64,000 bases of DNA, from positions 1-64,000 of the forward strand of contig CAXXFF010000002.1 of NCBI GenBank assembly GCA_963676835.2, read 5' to 3'. This DNA comes from Marispirochaeta sp. Lineage in GTDB: Bacteria; Spirochaetota; Spirochaetia; JC444; Marispirochaetaceae. Under the pieces are notes generated by a model. It did not search any database. It was given only the letters and a program-made list of their open reading frames with translations, and was not told the DNA's origin. Below, piece by piece: positions 18,441 to 28,905 of this stretch (position 1 is the stretch's first letter; every line of letters starts with the position of its first letter). The position numbers were made by a program, and so were the translations under genes.

Positions 18441-19915
18441 CCGGCAAGAAAGCTGCCGTTATCGGGGCAGGCCTCGGCGGCCTTTCTGCGGCAGTTCGCC
18501 TTGCCCACAAGGGGTGGAAGGTTGATGTTTATGAGGCAGGGAGTGATGCCGGCGGCAAGGCAGGCAGCATTTCCGCCGCGGGCTACCGCTGGGACAGCGG
18601 GCCGTCGCTGCTTACCATGCCAGAGGTACTAAAACAGCTGTTTACCGAAATCGGTGAAGATATGGAGAAATGGATACGACCGGTAAAACTGCCGGTAATA
18701 TGCCAGTACCGGCTTTCCGATGATACCCTCCTCAATGCCTATGCAGACACCAATGCCTTTGCCGAAGAGATAGAGGCAAAAACTGAGGATTCTGCAGAAT
18801 CAGTAATGGCCTACCTGAATTACAGCAGGGAGATATATAAAAGGACAGGCTTTCTTTTTTTACAGAAGAGCCTGCATGAGCTGGATTCGTATCTGGACCG
18901 AAAGGCCCTTAAAACCATGCTGAATATTGGGAAAATCGACCCCTTTCGCACCATGCATCGGGCAAACAGGACATTCTTCAGGGATCCCCGGGTAATTCAG
19001 CTTTTTGACCGCTATGCAACCTACAACGGCTCCAGCCCCTTCCAGGTGCCGGCAACCCTCAATATTATTCCCCATGTTGAGTACGGACTGGGAGGATACG
19101 GGGTTGAAGGAGGCATCCGGGCCATACCTGCAGCGCTGCAAAAACTGGCGGAAAAGCGGGGTGTACGGTTCCACTTTAATACCCCTGTTGAACGAATCCT
19201 GACAACAACCCGCCGTGTAAGCGGAGTTGAAGTACGGGGGGAAAAACTGGACTATCCCGTGGTTATTTCAAATGCGGATGTAAAGCGCACCTATACAATG
19301 CTCGGAGATACCAACGCCCCATGGGCACAGCGGTACCGGCGGCTGGAACCTTCATCGTCAGGGCTGGTGTTTTTCTGGGGTATGGGCAGAAAAACTGATT
19401 TATCGGTGAATAACATCTTTTTCAGCAGTGACTACCCGGGGGAATTCCGCTCAATTTTTCAGGAAGGTCGCTGCCCGCAGGATCCTACGGTATATGTGAA
19501 TATTACCTCAAAAATTACCCCCTCCGATGCCCCTGTAGGCGGGGAAAACTGGTTTGTGCTGGTTAACGCCCCCGGGGATACCGGACAGAACTGGGAGGAA
19601 GAGACAGCTCTGACCCGCAAACGGGTCAGGAAAAGACTAAGCCGGGCCTTGGGCAGAGAGGTTCTGGACAGCATAGACTATGAAGAGGTAATGACCCCGT
19701 CGGATATCGCAGCCCGCACAGGCAGCCCCGGAGGAAGCCTCTACGGAATCTCCTCAAACAGCCGCTCCGCCGCATTCAACCGGCACCCGAACCGTTCCCG
19801 GCGGCACCGGGGACTTTATTTCTGCGGAGGCAGCGCCCACCCCGGAGGAGGAATGCCCCTGGTTATACTTTCCGGAAAGATTGCCGCAAATCTGATACAG
19901 AAATATGAGAAATGA
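18431..19915 (+). CDS. crtD: Carotenoid desaturase, CrtD-like (1-hydroxycarotenoid 3,4-desaturase)
   Basis: IGAGLGG, DSGPSLLTMP, FDRYATYNGSSP, GGSAHPGGGMP. Confidence 0.7.
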   Translation: MAIAGKKAAVIGAGLGGLSAAVRLAHKGWKVDVYEAGSDAGGKAGSISAAGYRWDSGPSLLTMPEVLKQLFTEIGEDMEKWIRPVKLPVICQYRLSDDTLLNAYADTNAFAEEIEAKTEDSAESVMAYLNYSREIYKRTGFLFLQKSLHELDSYLDRKALKTMLNIGKIDPFRTMHRANRTFFRDPRVIQLFDRYATYNGSSPFQVPATLNIIPHVEYGLGGYGVEGGIRAIPAALQKLAEKRGVRFHFNTPVERILTTTRRVSGVEVRGEKLDYPVVISNADVKRTYTMLGDTNAPWAQRYRRLEPSSSGLVFFWGMGRKTDLSVNNIFFSSDYPGEFRSIFQEGRCPQDPTVYVNITSKITPSDAPVGGENWFVLVNAPGDTGQNWEEETALTRKRVRKRLSRALGREVLDSIDYEEVMTPSDIAARTGSPGGSLYGISSNSRSAAFNRHPNRSRRHRGLYFCGGSAHPGGGMPLVILSGKIAANLIQKYEK

Positions 19916-20012
19916 GAGAAGAGATCTCAAAAGTACTAAAAACAGTAGGAGTTCCTGAATAGAAAAATACTACCGGGGTATTATTGACCATAAAACAGAA
20001 GATGCATATTGT

Positions 20013-20043
20013 TGGTATACTGTTTATTCAGTCGAAGGAAGGA
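20013..20043 (+). promoter_or_regulatory. Extended -10 promoter and RBS of the small peptide gene
   Basis: TGgTATACT at 20013-20021; AAGGAAGGA at 20035-20043. Confidence 0.6.
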
Positions 20044-20050
20044 TACAGCT

Positions 20051-20212
20051 ATGACTAAAAACGAGACCAGAAAAGCGTACACAAAACCTGAGATTCAGAA
20101 ATGGGGTTCCGTTACCGACCTTACCCAGGGCGGACCTCACGGTGGACCTGGAGGCAGCGCTCCTAAACCCAGTACCGGGATCTGCATCCCCAAAAAATGG
20201 GGCGAAAAGTAG
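20051..20212 (+). CDS. 53-aa RiPP-precursor-like peptide with lasso-type leader
   Basis: MTKNETRKAYTKPEIQKWGSVTDLTQ|GGPHGGPGGSAPKPSTGICIPKKWGEK matches YxxPx(L/I)xxxGxxxxxTx-G; own RBS, promoter and terminator. Confidence 0.75.
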   Translation: MTKNETRKAYTKPEIQKWGSVTDLTQGGPHGGPGGSAPKPSTGICIPKKWGEK

Positions 20213-20238
20213 GAGTACTGATACCGCTCAGTTACAAT

Positions 20239-20269
20239 AAAAAAGGAGGCTGATGCCTCCTTTTTTTTT
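20239..20269. terminator. Bidirectional rho-independent terminator
   Basis: AAAAAAGGAGGC-TGAT-GCCTCCTTTTTTTTT between convergent genes. Confidence 0.85.
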
Positions 20270-20307
20270 GTCTAATTCTCTTTCTGCGTTCTTATAGCGG
20301 CTTCGCT

Positions 20308-21471
20308 TTACTTAATTACAGCACTCAGCAGCGTCACATCCTCCACAAAATCCTCGCCACCGGCCTGTTCCAGAAGTTCATCCAGAAGACGTTGATGATA
20401 CTTTTTTCCCGGTTCAACAGCTTCAATGGCTTTTTGCACCGGAGTTGAATTATCCGGAAGACCGGTAAAATTCTTCAAAAGCCCTTCGGAGTAGGCAACC
20501 AGCATGTCTCCCGGATTAAGTTCTTCCGTATATTCCGCATAAAAGACAGATTCCGCATCCCCCACTGCGGGGCCGAAAACACACAGGCGGCGGACTTCCC
20601 CATTGGAAATGACAAAGGGGCAGTTTCTGCCCGCATTGGAATAGGTAAAGATTTTTGCAGGAATATCAAGAAGCCCGGCCATAAGGCTTATGGTAACCCC
20701 TGCGGTTTTTCGCATTTCAAAATTCATTCTGTTGTTGAACCAGGTAAGAAACTGGGAGGGTGAAATGCCTGTTTTAAGCCCCCGGCGGATGTATTCAGGG
20801 TAAATAACCGCCTTCATTATGGCGGTTATAAAGGCCGCCTGAATTCCATAGCCGGAAACCTCGCCAACCAGAATAAGATAGCGGTCCCCCGGAAGGTTGA
20901 TAACATCGTAGTAATCGCCTCCGCAGTAAAGATCGGGAACCGGCAGGTAGGTAACCTCAAACTCAACAGAATCGGTACTTACCAGGTCGGGACGGACCAG
21001 GGACTCCTGCATCAATCCGGCCCACTTCAGCTCCTGTTCCATGGTATGTTTATACTCTTCCAGCTGGCGCTGCATGCGGTACCAGTTTAAGTGAACCTTT
21101 ATGCGGGAAAGAATTTCACCTTTATGAAAGGGCTTGGCGATGTAATCAACAGCCCCCCGGTTGAATGCCTCTTCCTTACTCCAGCTCTCCTCAAGATTAC
21201 TCAGGAAAATAACCGGAACATTGCGTATAGATTTCAACTGCTTAAGGCTGGTACAGACTTCGTAGCCGTTCATCCCGTTGAGCATAATATTCAGAAGGAT
21301 AAGGTCCGGGGCGGTCTCTTCCACCGCGGCAAGGGCGCTTTCTCCATCGGGATATCCTACAATCACATACTCTTCCCGCCCCAGAATATCTTCCAGATAA
21401 CGGAGATTTCCGGACTGGTCATCGACTATGAGAATAACCGGTGCCCTGTTATTTACTTGTTTCATATTCAC
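20308..21471 (-). CDS. REC + PP2C/SpoIIE (RsbU-like) protein with degenerate catalytic residues
   Basis: REC ILIVDD...LILLNIM...AKPF; PP2C GGDYYD, GEVSGYG, YSEGL, EDVT. Confidence 0.85.
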   Translation of the reverse strand: MNMKQVNNRAPVILIVDDQSGNLRYLEDILGREEYVIVGYPDGESALAAVEETAPDLILLNIMLNGMNGYEVCTSLKQLKSIRNVPVIFLSNLEESWSKEEAFNRGAVDYIAKPFHKGEILSRIKVHLNWYRMQRQLEEYKHTMEQELKWAGLMQESLVRPDLVSTDSVEFEVTYLPVPDLYCGGDYYDVINLPGDRYLILVGEVSGYGIQAAFITAIMKAVIYPEYIRRGLKTGISPSQFLTWFNNRMNFEMRKTAGVTISLMAGLLDIPAKIFTYSNAGRNCPFVISNGEVRRLCVFGPAVGDAESVFYAEYTEELNPGDMLVAYSEGLLKNFTGLPDNSTPVQKAIEAVEPGKKYHQRLLDELLEQAGGEDFVEDVTLLSAVIK

Positions 21472-21604
21472 CGCCCCTGTATGATCTTAGTGTAATAGAG
21501 GATAGTGATGAAATCAAATCATAATGCCTCTGCAACGGTATTCCCCGGTATAACCGGGGGCTATACCGGTAAAAGATGAGAAGAAAAATGAAAAGGTTGA
21601 TACT

Positions 21605-21970
21605 ATGACGACAAATAATACCCTTATTGACGATAAAGGCAGAAAAATTGACTCTTCGGAGCTGGTCCGCCGGGGACTGCTCACAGGAGTATCCGCCAAT
21701 GCCCTGGGAAAGACGTTTATACTGAAAAACGGGGAGAATCGCATCGGCCGGGATTCCGCCTGTGGCATCTGTATCAAAGACAGGCATATAAGCGGTGTTC
21801 ACTGCATTATCCGGGTGGAAGAGAAATCCCTGATTCTGGAGGATGCAGACTCTTCAAACGGAACCTATCTTAACCGGAAAAAGATAAAGAAACCTGTCAG
21901 CCTCAACTACGGCGACCGCATTGTGGCGGGAGAAACCATATTCAGGCTGCTTTTTGAGGAAGAGCTTTAA
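21605..21970 (+). CDS. FHA domain protein
   Basis: IGRDS, ISGVHC, DADSSNGTYLN, LNYGDRI. Confidence 0.88.
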   Translation: MTTNNTLIDDKGRKIDSSELVRRGLLTGVSANALGKTFILKNGENRIGRDSACGICIKDRHISGVHCIIRVEEKSLILEDADSSNGTYLNRKKIKKPVSLNYGDRIVAGETIFRLLFEEEL

Positions 21971-22037
21971 AAAGTATAAAAAATTATTTGCGAATCTTTC
22001 CTGAAAACCTTAGAATTAGTGTTCAGGAAAGGTTTAC

Positions 22038-22613
22038 ATGGAAACAAATTACCTACAAGACGAACTTTATGAAAAAGTAAGAACAGATCCGGCCATTTTC
22101 GACTTTCTTCAGGACTGGTCTCTGGACGGAATCTGGTACTGGGACCTTACACAGATGGACCAGGAGTGGATGAGCCCCAAGTTCTGGACAACCCTGGGAT
22201 ACGATCCTTCACAAAAAAAGCACCTGGCGTCGGAATGGCAGGATATTATCTTTCCGGAAGACCTGGAAACCGCCAAGACCAACCTAACCCGGCACCTGGA
22301 GAATCCCAACTATCCCTACGACCAGATTGTCCGCTATCATCACAAAACAGGCTATACGGTTTACATCCGCTGCCGGGGCATAGCTGTTCGGGACGAAAAT
22401 GGGACTCCCCTGCGCATGATGGGGGCCCACACGGATATGACTGCCATGATGGCCTCCGCCACGCATCAGTCTGCTTTGGAATACCAGGTGCAGGCTTTAC
22501 AGATGCAGATAGAAACACTCAACATGCGGCTTAAAATGAAACGCAACAGAATAAATTTCCTTGAAAAAGAACTGAAAAAATGTACCGGAGAAAACAGCAG
22601 TGAACAGCAGTGA
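22038..22613 (+). CDS. Stand-alone PAS domain protein with C-terminal coiled coil
   Basis: DGIWYWDL...WQDIIFPED...RYHHKTG...CRGIAVRDENGTPLRMMGAHTD. Confidence 0.85.
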   Translation: METNYLQDELYEKVRTDPAIFDFLQDWSLDGIWYWDLTQMDQEWMSPKFWTTLGYDPSQKKHLASEWQDIIFPEDLETAKTNLTRHLENPNYPYDQIVRYHHKTGYTVYIRCRGIAVRDENGTPLRMMGAHTDMTAMMASATHQSALEYQVQALQMQIETLNMRLKMKRNRINFLEKELKKCTGENSSEQQ

Positions 22614-25515
22614 TCCCAGCCATATTATTGCCATAGGAGCCTCCGCCGGCGGCCTTGAGTCCATCGAAGCCTTTTTTTCAAACATGCCCGAAGACAATCC
22701 CTTCGGCTTTGTGGTCATTCAGCATCTATCGCCGGACTACAAAAGTCTGATGAAAGAGATTCTCTCCAAACAGACCATGATGCCGATTCATAATATCGAA
22801 CACGGCATGAAGGTGGAAAAGGGCAATATATACCTGATACCGCCAAGAAAGGCCCTGGAGATCTTTAATGGGGAACTGCTGCTTACCGATCTTGAGATTA
22901 CCGCCGGATTGAAACTTCCCATCGATATTTTTCTTAAATCCCTGGCGGAAGACCAGAAAGAGAAGGCAATTGCCATTATCTTTTCCGGCACCGGCAGTGA
23001 CGGCATGCGGGGAGTCGGCACCATCAAAGACCACGGCGGCATGATAATGGTGCAGAACGAAGAAGGGGCCCAGTTTAACGGTATGCCCCGGGCAGCCATA
23101 TCCACAGGTATAACCGACTTTATTCTGCCTCCGGACCAGATGCCCGCCCAGATTTTTGATTATGTTAACCACCCGCTGCAGAAAGATCTGGATTTTGTAA
23201 AGAAGCTGGATCTGGAAAGCGATGATCTTACCCGGATATTCTCCATGCTGCGCAGCAGTTTCCGGGTTGATTTTTCAGAATATAAAATGACCACCGTCTC
23301 CCGGCGGCTGGAACGAAGGATGATTGCCAGAAAAGCGGAAAATCTCAACGAGTATGTTCAGCTTTTAACTCAGTCTCCCACGGAACTACCGATCCTTTTC
23401 AGGGAACTGCTTATAGGTGTTACCTCATTTTTCCGGGATTCCGAAGTATGGGAGCAGCTGGAAAATGATATTGTCCCCAACATTATATCCGGCGGCGTCA
23501 AACAGGAGTTCCGCTGCTGGGTCGCCGGCTGCTCAACCGGAGAAGAGGCGTATACGCTGGCAATGGTCATTACCAGCGTTCTGGAGACATTGAACAGGAA
23601 TATAGCGGTAAAGATATTTGCCACGGATATAAATAAAGATTCCCTTGCCTTCGCCTCCACCGGAACCTATCCAGGCAGTGTGGCGGCGGATATTCCCGAC
23701 CATTTTCTTACCCGCTATATGGTTCCCGGTACTGATCATCTTACTGTAACCCGGGCAATTCGGGAAAAGGTGGTTTTTGCCGAACACAATCTGGTCAAAG
23801 ACCCGCCTTTTACAAACATAGATCTTGTCCTCTGCAGAAACATGCTGATCTATGTCAACCCCGGAGCACAGCGAAAGGTAATGGACTATTTCCTCTTCTC
23901 TATCCGCAACAGGGGATACATGGTTCTGGGCAAGAACGAGTCCGCCGGAGATCTTCGTAACCAGCTGGAAATTATCAGCCAGCCCTCCAAAATTTTCCGG
24001 GCCATTACGGATGGGGAGAAAGTGCTCAGTGTTCAATCACCTCCGGTACTCTCAATGGCCAAGTATCAGCCCCGTAGCTCCATGGAATCCCGCTCCGCCG
24101 GGTATAATACTCAGGGGTATGTAGAAAAAATTCTCGAGCAGATTTTTAAAGCTGCCGGAAGTAAACTTCTTCCGGTAACGGTAATTGTGAATGAGCAGCA
24201 GGAAATTTTGCATATAATCGGAGATATGCGGCCTTTTCTTCAGATTACGACAGGGAAGCCCATTTATCGTCTGGACAAGATGGTGGTCCACAAGCTCTCT
24301 ATCCCCCTCTCCACGGGGATTCCCAAAGCACTGAGCAGCGGCAAGGATATTCTCTATACAGGGTTAACCTTCTCCGAAGAGAACACAATATATCAGGTTG
24401 ATCTGCGCATTCTGCCTATACAACTGCGTAATTCCCAGGGCTCCCTCGCGGTGGTGCAGTTTATCCTCAACTCCCAGGGCAATGCAGATTCTGATGAATC
24501 TGTTGAAAAGTTCGAGCTCTCTGCAGAGGCAGATCAGCGAATACAGGATCTTGAACAGGAACTGCAGCTCTCCCGGGAAAACCTGCAGGCCGCCGTGGAA
24601 GAACTGGAAACAGCCAACGAAGAACTGCAGGCTACAAACGAAGAGCTTCTGGCCAGTAACGAGGAACTGCAGAGCACCAATGAGGAGCTCCAGAGTACCA
24701 ACGAAGAGCTTTACACCGTTAACGCCGACTATCATACAAAAATTATAGAGCTGACCAACACCCAGAACGACCTGGATAACCTGTTCACCTCCATACAGAC
24801 ATCGACCCTGCTGTTGGATGAAAACCTAGAAATTCGCCGCTTTTCCCGGGATATAAGTAAGATTCTACGGGTAATGGACTCCGATGTGGGCAGACCCATT
24901 GCCTATATTTCCCACGACTTCCCCGATTTCGACCTTATGGGGCAGATAGAAAAGACCAACCGGGACAGCAAGGTATGGGAGGGCTGGCAGCGGACCCGCT
25001 CCGGAAATCTTTACAATATCCGCATTGCTCCCTATCTGATAAACCGCAGCATTAATGCCGGGGTTGTAGCCACATTTACCATCAGCAACCATTTAAGCAT
25101 TATGGAATCCAGGCTGAATACATCCCTTCACATATTGAGATCTATGGGAAGCCTCGAGGTTGGAGGGTTCGAGTGGAACCTTGTAGAGGAACAGGTCTAC
25201 CTGACTCCGGAACTCCTTACTCTGTTTGGTATATCCGGCGAGGAACTTCCCCCGGACGAACTGAAAAATCTTGAGGGGCTGTTCAGCTTCTTCTCCGCTC
25301 CTTTCAGGCAAGAAGCGGCCCGGGCATTTAACTTATGCAGGCAAGAAGGGGCTCCGGTAGATATAAGTGGTCTAATGATCCGCAAAGACGGAAAACAACG
25401 TCCTATACAGCTTAAGGCAGATCCGGTCTACATTGAATCCAACCTGATCTCCATTACAGGCTTTGTAATAGCTACCGACAGAAAGCAACCGGGAGAAACT
25501 GAAAATGACGGATAG
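22600..25515 (+). CDS. CheB/CheR fusion protein with PAS domains
   Basis: CheB GASAGG/QHL/GSDG; Che[36 protein letters not shown] coiled coil. Confidence 0.92.
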   Translation: MNSSDPSHIIAIGASAGGLESIEAFFSNMPEDNPFGFVVIQHLSPDYKSLMKEILSKQTMMPIHNIEHGMKVEKGNIYLIPPRKALEIFNGELLLTDLEITAGLKLPIDIFLKSLAEDQKEKAIAIIFSGTGSDGMRGVGTIKDHGGMIMVQNEEGAQFNGMPRAAISTGITDFILPPDQMPAQIFDYVNHPLQKDLDFVKKLDLESDDLTRIFSMLRSSFRVDFSEYKMTTVSRRLERRMIARKAENLNEYVQLLTQSPTELPILFRELLIGVTSFFRDSEVWEQLENDIVPNIISGGVKQEFRCWVAGCSTGEEAYTLAMVITSVLETLNRNIAVKIFATDINKDSLAFASTGTYPGSVAADIPDHFLTRYMVPGTDHLTVTRAIREKVVFAEHNLVKDPPFTNIDLVLCRNMLIYVNPGAQRKVMDYFLFSIRNRGYMVLGKNESAGDLRNQLEIISQPSKIFRAITDGEKVLSVQSPPVLSMAKYQPRSSMESRSAGYNTQGYVEKILEQIFKAAGSKLLPVTVIVNEQQEILHIIGDMRPFLQITTGKPIYRLDKMVVHKLSIPLSTGIPKALSSGKDILYTGLTFSEENTIYQVDLRILPIQLRNSQGSLAVVQFILNSQGNADSDESVEKFELSAEADQRIQDLEQELQLSRENLQAAVEELETANEELQATNEELLASNEELQSTNEELQSTNEELYTVNADYHTKIIELTNTQNDLDNLFTSIQTSTLLLDENLEIRRFSRDISKILRVMDSDVGRPIAYISHDFPDFDLMGQIEKTNRDSKVWEGWQRTRSGNLYNIRIAPYLINRSINAGVVATFTISNHLSIMESRLNTSLHILRSMGSLEVGGFEWNLVEEQVYLTPELLTLFGISGEELPPDELKNLEGLFSFFSAPFRQEAARAFNLCRQEGAPVDISGLMIRKDGKQRPIQLKADPVYIESNLISITGFVIATDRKQPGETENDG

Positions 25516-26692
25516 GCTAAGAAAAGAGGCAGAAGCCGTTATTGCCGGAAACAGCGTGGAAAACGAAAGCTCAGCCCTGGTGCATGAACTGCAGGTACAT
25601 CAGATAGAGCTTGAGATGCAGAATGAGGAACTCCGTCAGACCCAGGCGGAGCTGTCCCGGGAACATGAACGCTATTATCAGCTCTTCAACGATGCCCCCG
25701 TTGGATACATAACCCTGGACAAGGCCGGTATTATTCAGAGAAGTAACCAAACCTTTATGCAGATGGTGGGGGTAGAGAAAGATCCGAAAACAAAGGCACT
25801 TTCTTCTTTTCTGACAGATAATTCCCGGAGTATTTTCCTGGGCCAGTTTTCCGCGTTTTTTCGGCACCCCGAAGGTAAAGAACTGGAAATCATGCCCCGT
25901 GTTTCCGGACTGCAGGAAAATAGAGATGATACAACTCCGGTTACTTTGAAACTCTCCGGTCGGCTTTTAACGCTTCCCGGTGAAGATGACCTTCTGTTTG
26001 CAACCCTGACGGACATAACTGAAATCCGCCATGCAACAGACAAGGTGGCTTCTTTGCTGAATGAAAAGGAACTGCTCCTTCGAGAGGTGCACCACCGGAT
26101 TAAAAATAATCTGAGCATTCTGGCAGCTTTTGTTTCTCTTCAGTCCAGATCGGCAGAGTCTGATGAAATTAAAGAAATACTCCAGAAGGTGTATGCCAAG
26201 GTGCAGGCGATATCGGAAATGTATACGGTACTACAGGGCTCGGGCAGCTATACCGCTATAGACCTGGGCTCTTTCCTCTACCGCCTGGTACGGGACACAG
26301 AATCGACACTCTTTACCGATTCCTCCCACAGCATTTCCGTCAAACCTCTGCCGGTTACCATCACGGTAAACCAGGCTGTAACAGCCGGCCTGGTTATCAA
26401 CGAGCTGGTAACCAACGCGGTTAAACATGCATTGGTGCCGGGTCAACCGGCGGAGATAACTGTTCAGATGCTGAATAAGCCCGACGGAAAAATTTGTGTT
26501 CAGATAAGCAACTCAATCCCCGAACCCCCGCAACCCCCATCTCCTGAGAAGAAGATATCATCAGGGGATGGAACATCCTTAATTAAAGCCCTGGCGGAGC
26601 AGCTTGACGGCGAAATTACCTTCTCCAGGCAGGAACACAGCTTTCAGGCCTGCCTGATTTTCCGGCCGGAATCCCCGGATGAGGCGTTCTAA
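25505..26692 (+). CDS. PAS + HisKA_2 sensor histidine kinase
   Basis: ELQVHQIELEMQNEEL, EVHHRIKNNL, NELVTNAVKHA. Confidence 0.88.
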   Translation: MTDRLRKEAEAVIAGNSVENESSALVHELQVHQIELEMQNEELRQTQAELSREHERYYQLFNDAPVGYITLDKAGIIQRSNQTFMQMVGVEKDPKTKALSSFLTDNSRSIFLGQFSAFFRHPEGKELEIMPRVSGLQENRDDTTPVTLKLSGRLLTLPGEDDLLFATLTDITEIRHATDKVASLLNEKELLLREVHHRIKNNLSILAAFVSLQSRSAESDEIKEILQKVYAKVQAISEMYTVLQGSGSYTAIDLGSFLYRLVRDTESTLFTDSSHSISVKPLPVTITVNQAVTAGLVINELVTNAVKHALVPGQPAEITVQMLNKPDGKICVQISNSIPEPPQPPSPEKKISSGDGTSLIKALAEQLDGEITFSRQEHSFQACLIFRPESPDEAF

Positions 26693-27705
26693 AACTCCAG
26701 CAGAACCTTTAGCTTGGTACCGCCGTTGGTGTGAAGCTCATCCAGAGCCTCAGCCGCTTTATCCATGGGGTACACGTCGGTAATAATCTTTTCCACCGGA
26801 ACCTTTCCGGACTTTACAATATCAATCAGGGTAAGAAAATCCTCTTTAAGGGCATTTCTTGACCCCAGCACAGTAAGCTCTTTTTTCTGAATAAGGGTAA
26901 AGTTGAAATCCAGGGTCTGCTTGCTTACACCGATAAGCACCACCCGTCCGCCGAAGGCGACTGCATCGATACAGCTCTGAAAGGTAACCGCCATCCCCAC
27001 GGCCTCAATGGTTACATCAAATCCGTTACCCCCGGTTATGCTGTCGATTCCCTTCTGCAGGGCATCGGGACCGTCATTCAGAATGGTGCCGTCAACACCC
27101 ATGCCTTCGGCCATCTTGAGCCTGTCCGGAGCTACATCGGAAATATAAACCTCGGCGCCGAAGTATTTTGCCGCCATTGCTGCCAGGGTTCCGATGGTTC
27201 CCGCGCCGATAACCAGGACCTTCTCTCCCGGTTTAACCTGGGCCCGCTTTACGCCATGAAAGCTTATGCAGAAAGGCTCAATAAGGGCCAGCTGCTTTGC
27301 GGAAAGCCCTTCACCGGGGTAAATCCGGTCCACAGAGATGGTAAAATACTCGGAGAAACCGCCGTCCCGCTGGGCGCCCATGGTTTCGTTGGACATACAG
27401 CAGTTAACAATACCCTTTGTACAGGTATAGCAGGTACCGCAGTTGAAGTAGGGGTTAACCGTTACCAGCATGCCCGGTTTGAGTCCCTTATCGTTTTCAC
27501 CAACTTCAACTATTTCGGCGGAAAGTTCGTGCCCTGGGATTCGGGGATAGGAGCCGTAGGCAAAATTGCCCCGGTATATATTCAGGTCGGTTCCGCAGAT
27601 TCCGCCGTAGCGCATCTTGAGCAGGGCCTCCCCTTTGCGGGGAACCGGTTTCTCTTTCTCTTTTATTTCAACCTTGAAGGGTTCTGTGGTAGATACATAT
27701 TTCAT
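26689..27705 (-). CDS. Zinc-binding alcohol dehydrogenase (L-galactonate/L-gulonate dehydrogenase-like)
   Basis: GICGTD, PGHE, CGTCYTC..C, GAGTIG, GSRN. Confidence 0.85.
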   Translation of the reverse strand: MKYVSTTEPFKVEIKEKEKPVPRKGEALLKMRYGGICGTDLNIYRGNFAYGSYPRIPGHELSAEIVEVGENDKGLKPGMLVTVNPYFNCGTCYTCTKGIVNCCMSNETMGAQRDGGFSEYFTISVDRIYPGEGLSAKQLALIEPFCISFHGVKRAQVKPGEKVLVIGAGTIGTLAAMAAKYFGAEVYISDVAPDRLKMAEGMGVDGTILNDGPDALQKGIDSITGGNGFDVTIEAVGMAVTFQSCIDAVAFGGRVVLIGVSKQTLDFNFTLIQKKELTVLGSRNALKEDFLTLIDIVKSGKVPVEKIITDVYPMDKAAEALDELHTNGGTKLKVLLEF

Positions 27706-28048
27706 AGCAGCCTCTCCTTTTGCTCCTGTCATGTTAGCTGATTTATGCACTTCTGTCTCTGTTTTTCAGCGTGAAACTCCTTTCATTCATACAGTTTAAT
27801 CGCATCATTTTGAGAGAAATTTCCTGTTTACTCTCTCATTTTAAGAGAGATCTTCCCCTGTTTCCCGCCCGGACTTATTCAGATAACAGAAATGCGGCTA
27901 TGCATCAACTAACATACACATAATATAAATAACTACTATACAACAATTTAAGGGTTTATCCAATGTATATCAGCATTTCAAACGAAGAACCCTTCTCTAA
28001 TATTTGATTTGGCACCCTTCCTGCAATAGGTATATGAGGTATTTGCTC

Positions 28049-28441
28049 ATGAATGATGAAGAATCCACAGTACTGCTTGCCGATGATGAGATTAATATGC
28101 AGCCCGAAACAGAGGGACCATCTGCTGAGGACATTGTAATCAGTAATGAAATCCTTGAAACCCTGCCCCATCCCGCCTTCTGTATCGATTCCCGATTCAG
28201 TATTGCTATTGCCAACAGCAGAGCCCGTGAGCTGCGGATCAAGCCGAAAATGGAAACCCTGCGTTCTGTGCTGCCGGCAGCAAGTATCGAAGAAATTGCC
28301 GCTGCCCTGCTTCCGGGAGGCAGGAGGAGAGTCAGCCCGGTTGAGATTAAGGGGAGCGTGTGGAAAATACGCATTCGCCCCTTTTGTAAAACCGATGCGC
28401 TGAAGGCGATACTTTTTCTCGATGAGGTAAAACCTGCATGA
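28049..28441 (+). CDS. Hypothetical protein, possible PAS-like fold
   Basis: GAGGT RBS; ILETLPHPAFCIDSRFSIAIANSRA resembles a PAS start. Confidence 0.5.
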   Translation: MNDEESTVLLADDEINMQPETEGPSAEDIVISNEILETLPHPAFCIDSRFSIAIANSRARELRIKPKMETLRSVLPAASIEEIAAALLPGGRRRVSPVEIKGSVWKIRIRPFCKTDALKAILFLDEVKPA

Positions 28442-28453
28442 GGATTTCAGATT

Positions 28454-28864
28454 CTACAGCTCGTCCAGACGGCGTCCTTCATGCTCAAGCTTGAGAATAA
28501 GGTGATCAACCTCGTTTAGAGCCGCCATACCCAGGGCAGCATGCTTTGCCCTTACCTCTTCCAGAGTCGGCAGGGGATCCTCATTGACATAACGTTCAAC
28601 CGCCTCCCGCGCCTTTGCAGCATAGGCAACATGGAGCGATTCATGGAGATAGTTGTTAATCAGCTTTTTACTGGTTACCCGGAGCTCCTGGCGGTTTACC
28701 AGTTCGATAATGGAATAGGCTATCTGCAGCAGCCGTTCGGTATTTTTAATAATGACCTTCCTTATATTTGATACTGCCGCAGCGGATCCACGGGACTGCA
28801 GGCGCGCGGTACACTCACAGTAATTAACCGTTTTTTCTTGACAGTTATCAACAGTTCTTACCAC
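28454..28864 (-). CDS. Hypothetical protein
   Basis: 136-aa ORF filling the gap downstream of mutM; helical composition. Confidence 0.55.
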   Translation of the reverse strand: MVRTVDNCQEKTVNYCECTARLQSRGSAAAVSNIRKVIIKNTERLLQIAYSIIELVNRQELRVTSKKLINNYLHESLHVAYAAKAREAVERYVNEDPLPTLEEVRAKHAALGMAALNEVDHLILKLEHEGRRLDEL

Positions 28865-28905
28865 TTACTCAGAGACAGTGTAGCACGAAATGATGCCGGA
28901 ACCAA

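Noticed and set aside
21543..21565. CCCCGGT-ATA-ACCGGGG hairpin and possible ATA start for the FHA gene
   Set aside because: Short GC inverted repeat; cannot distinguish a regulatory role or alternative start from chance.
24590..24715. Repeating AACGAAGAACTG-like units as CRISPR or tandem array
   Set aside because: Coding heptad repeats (ELQSTNEEL) of the CheBR coiled coil; no spacers or cas genes.
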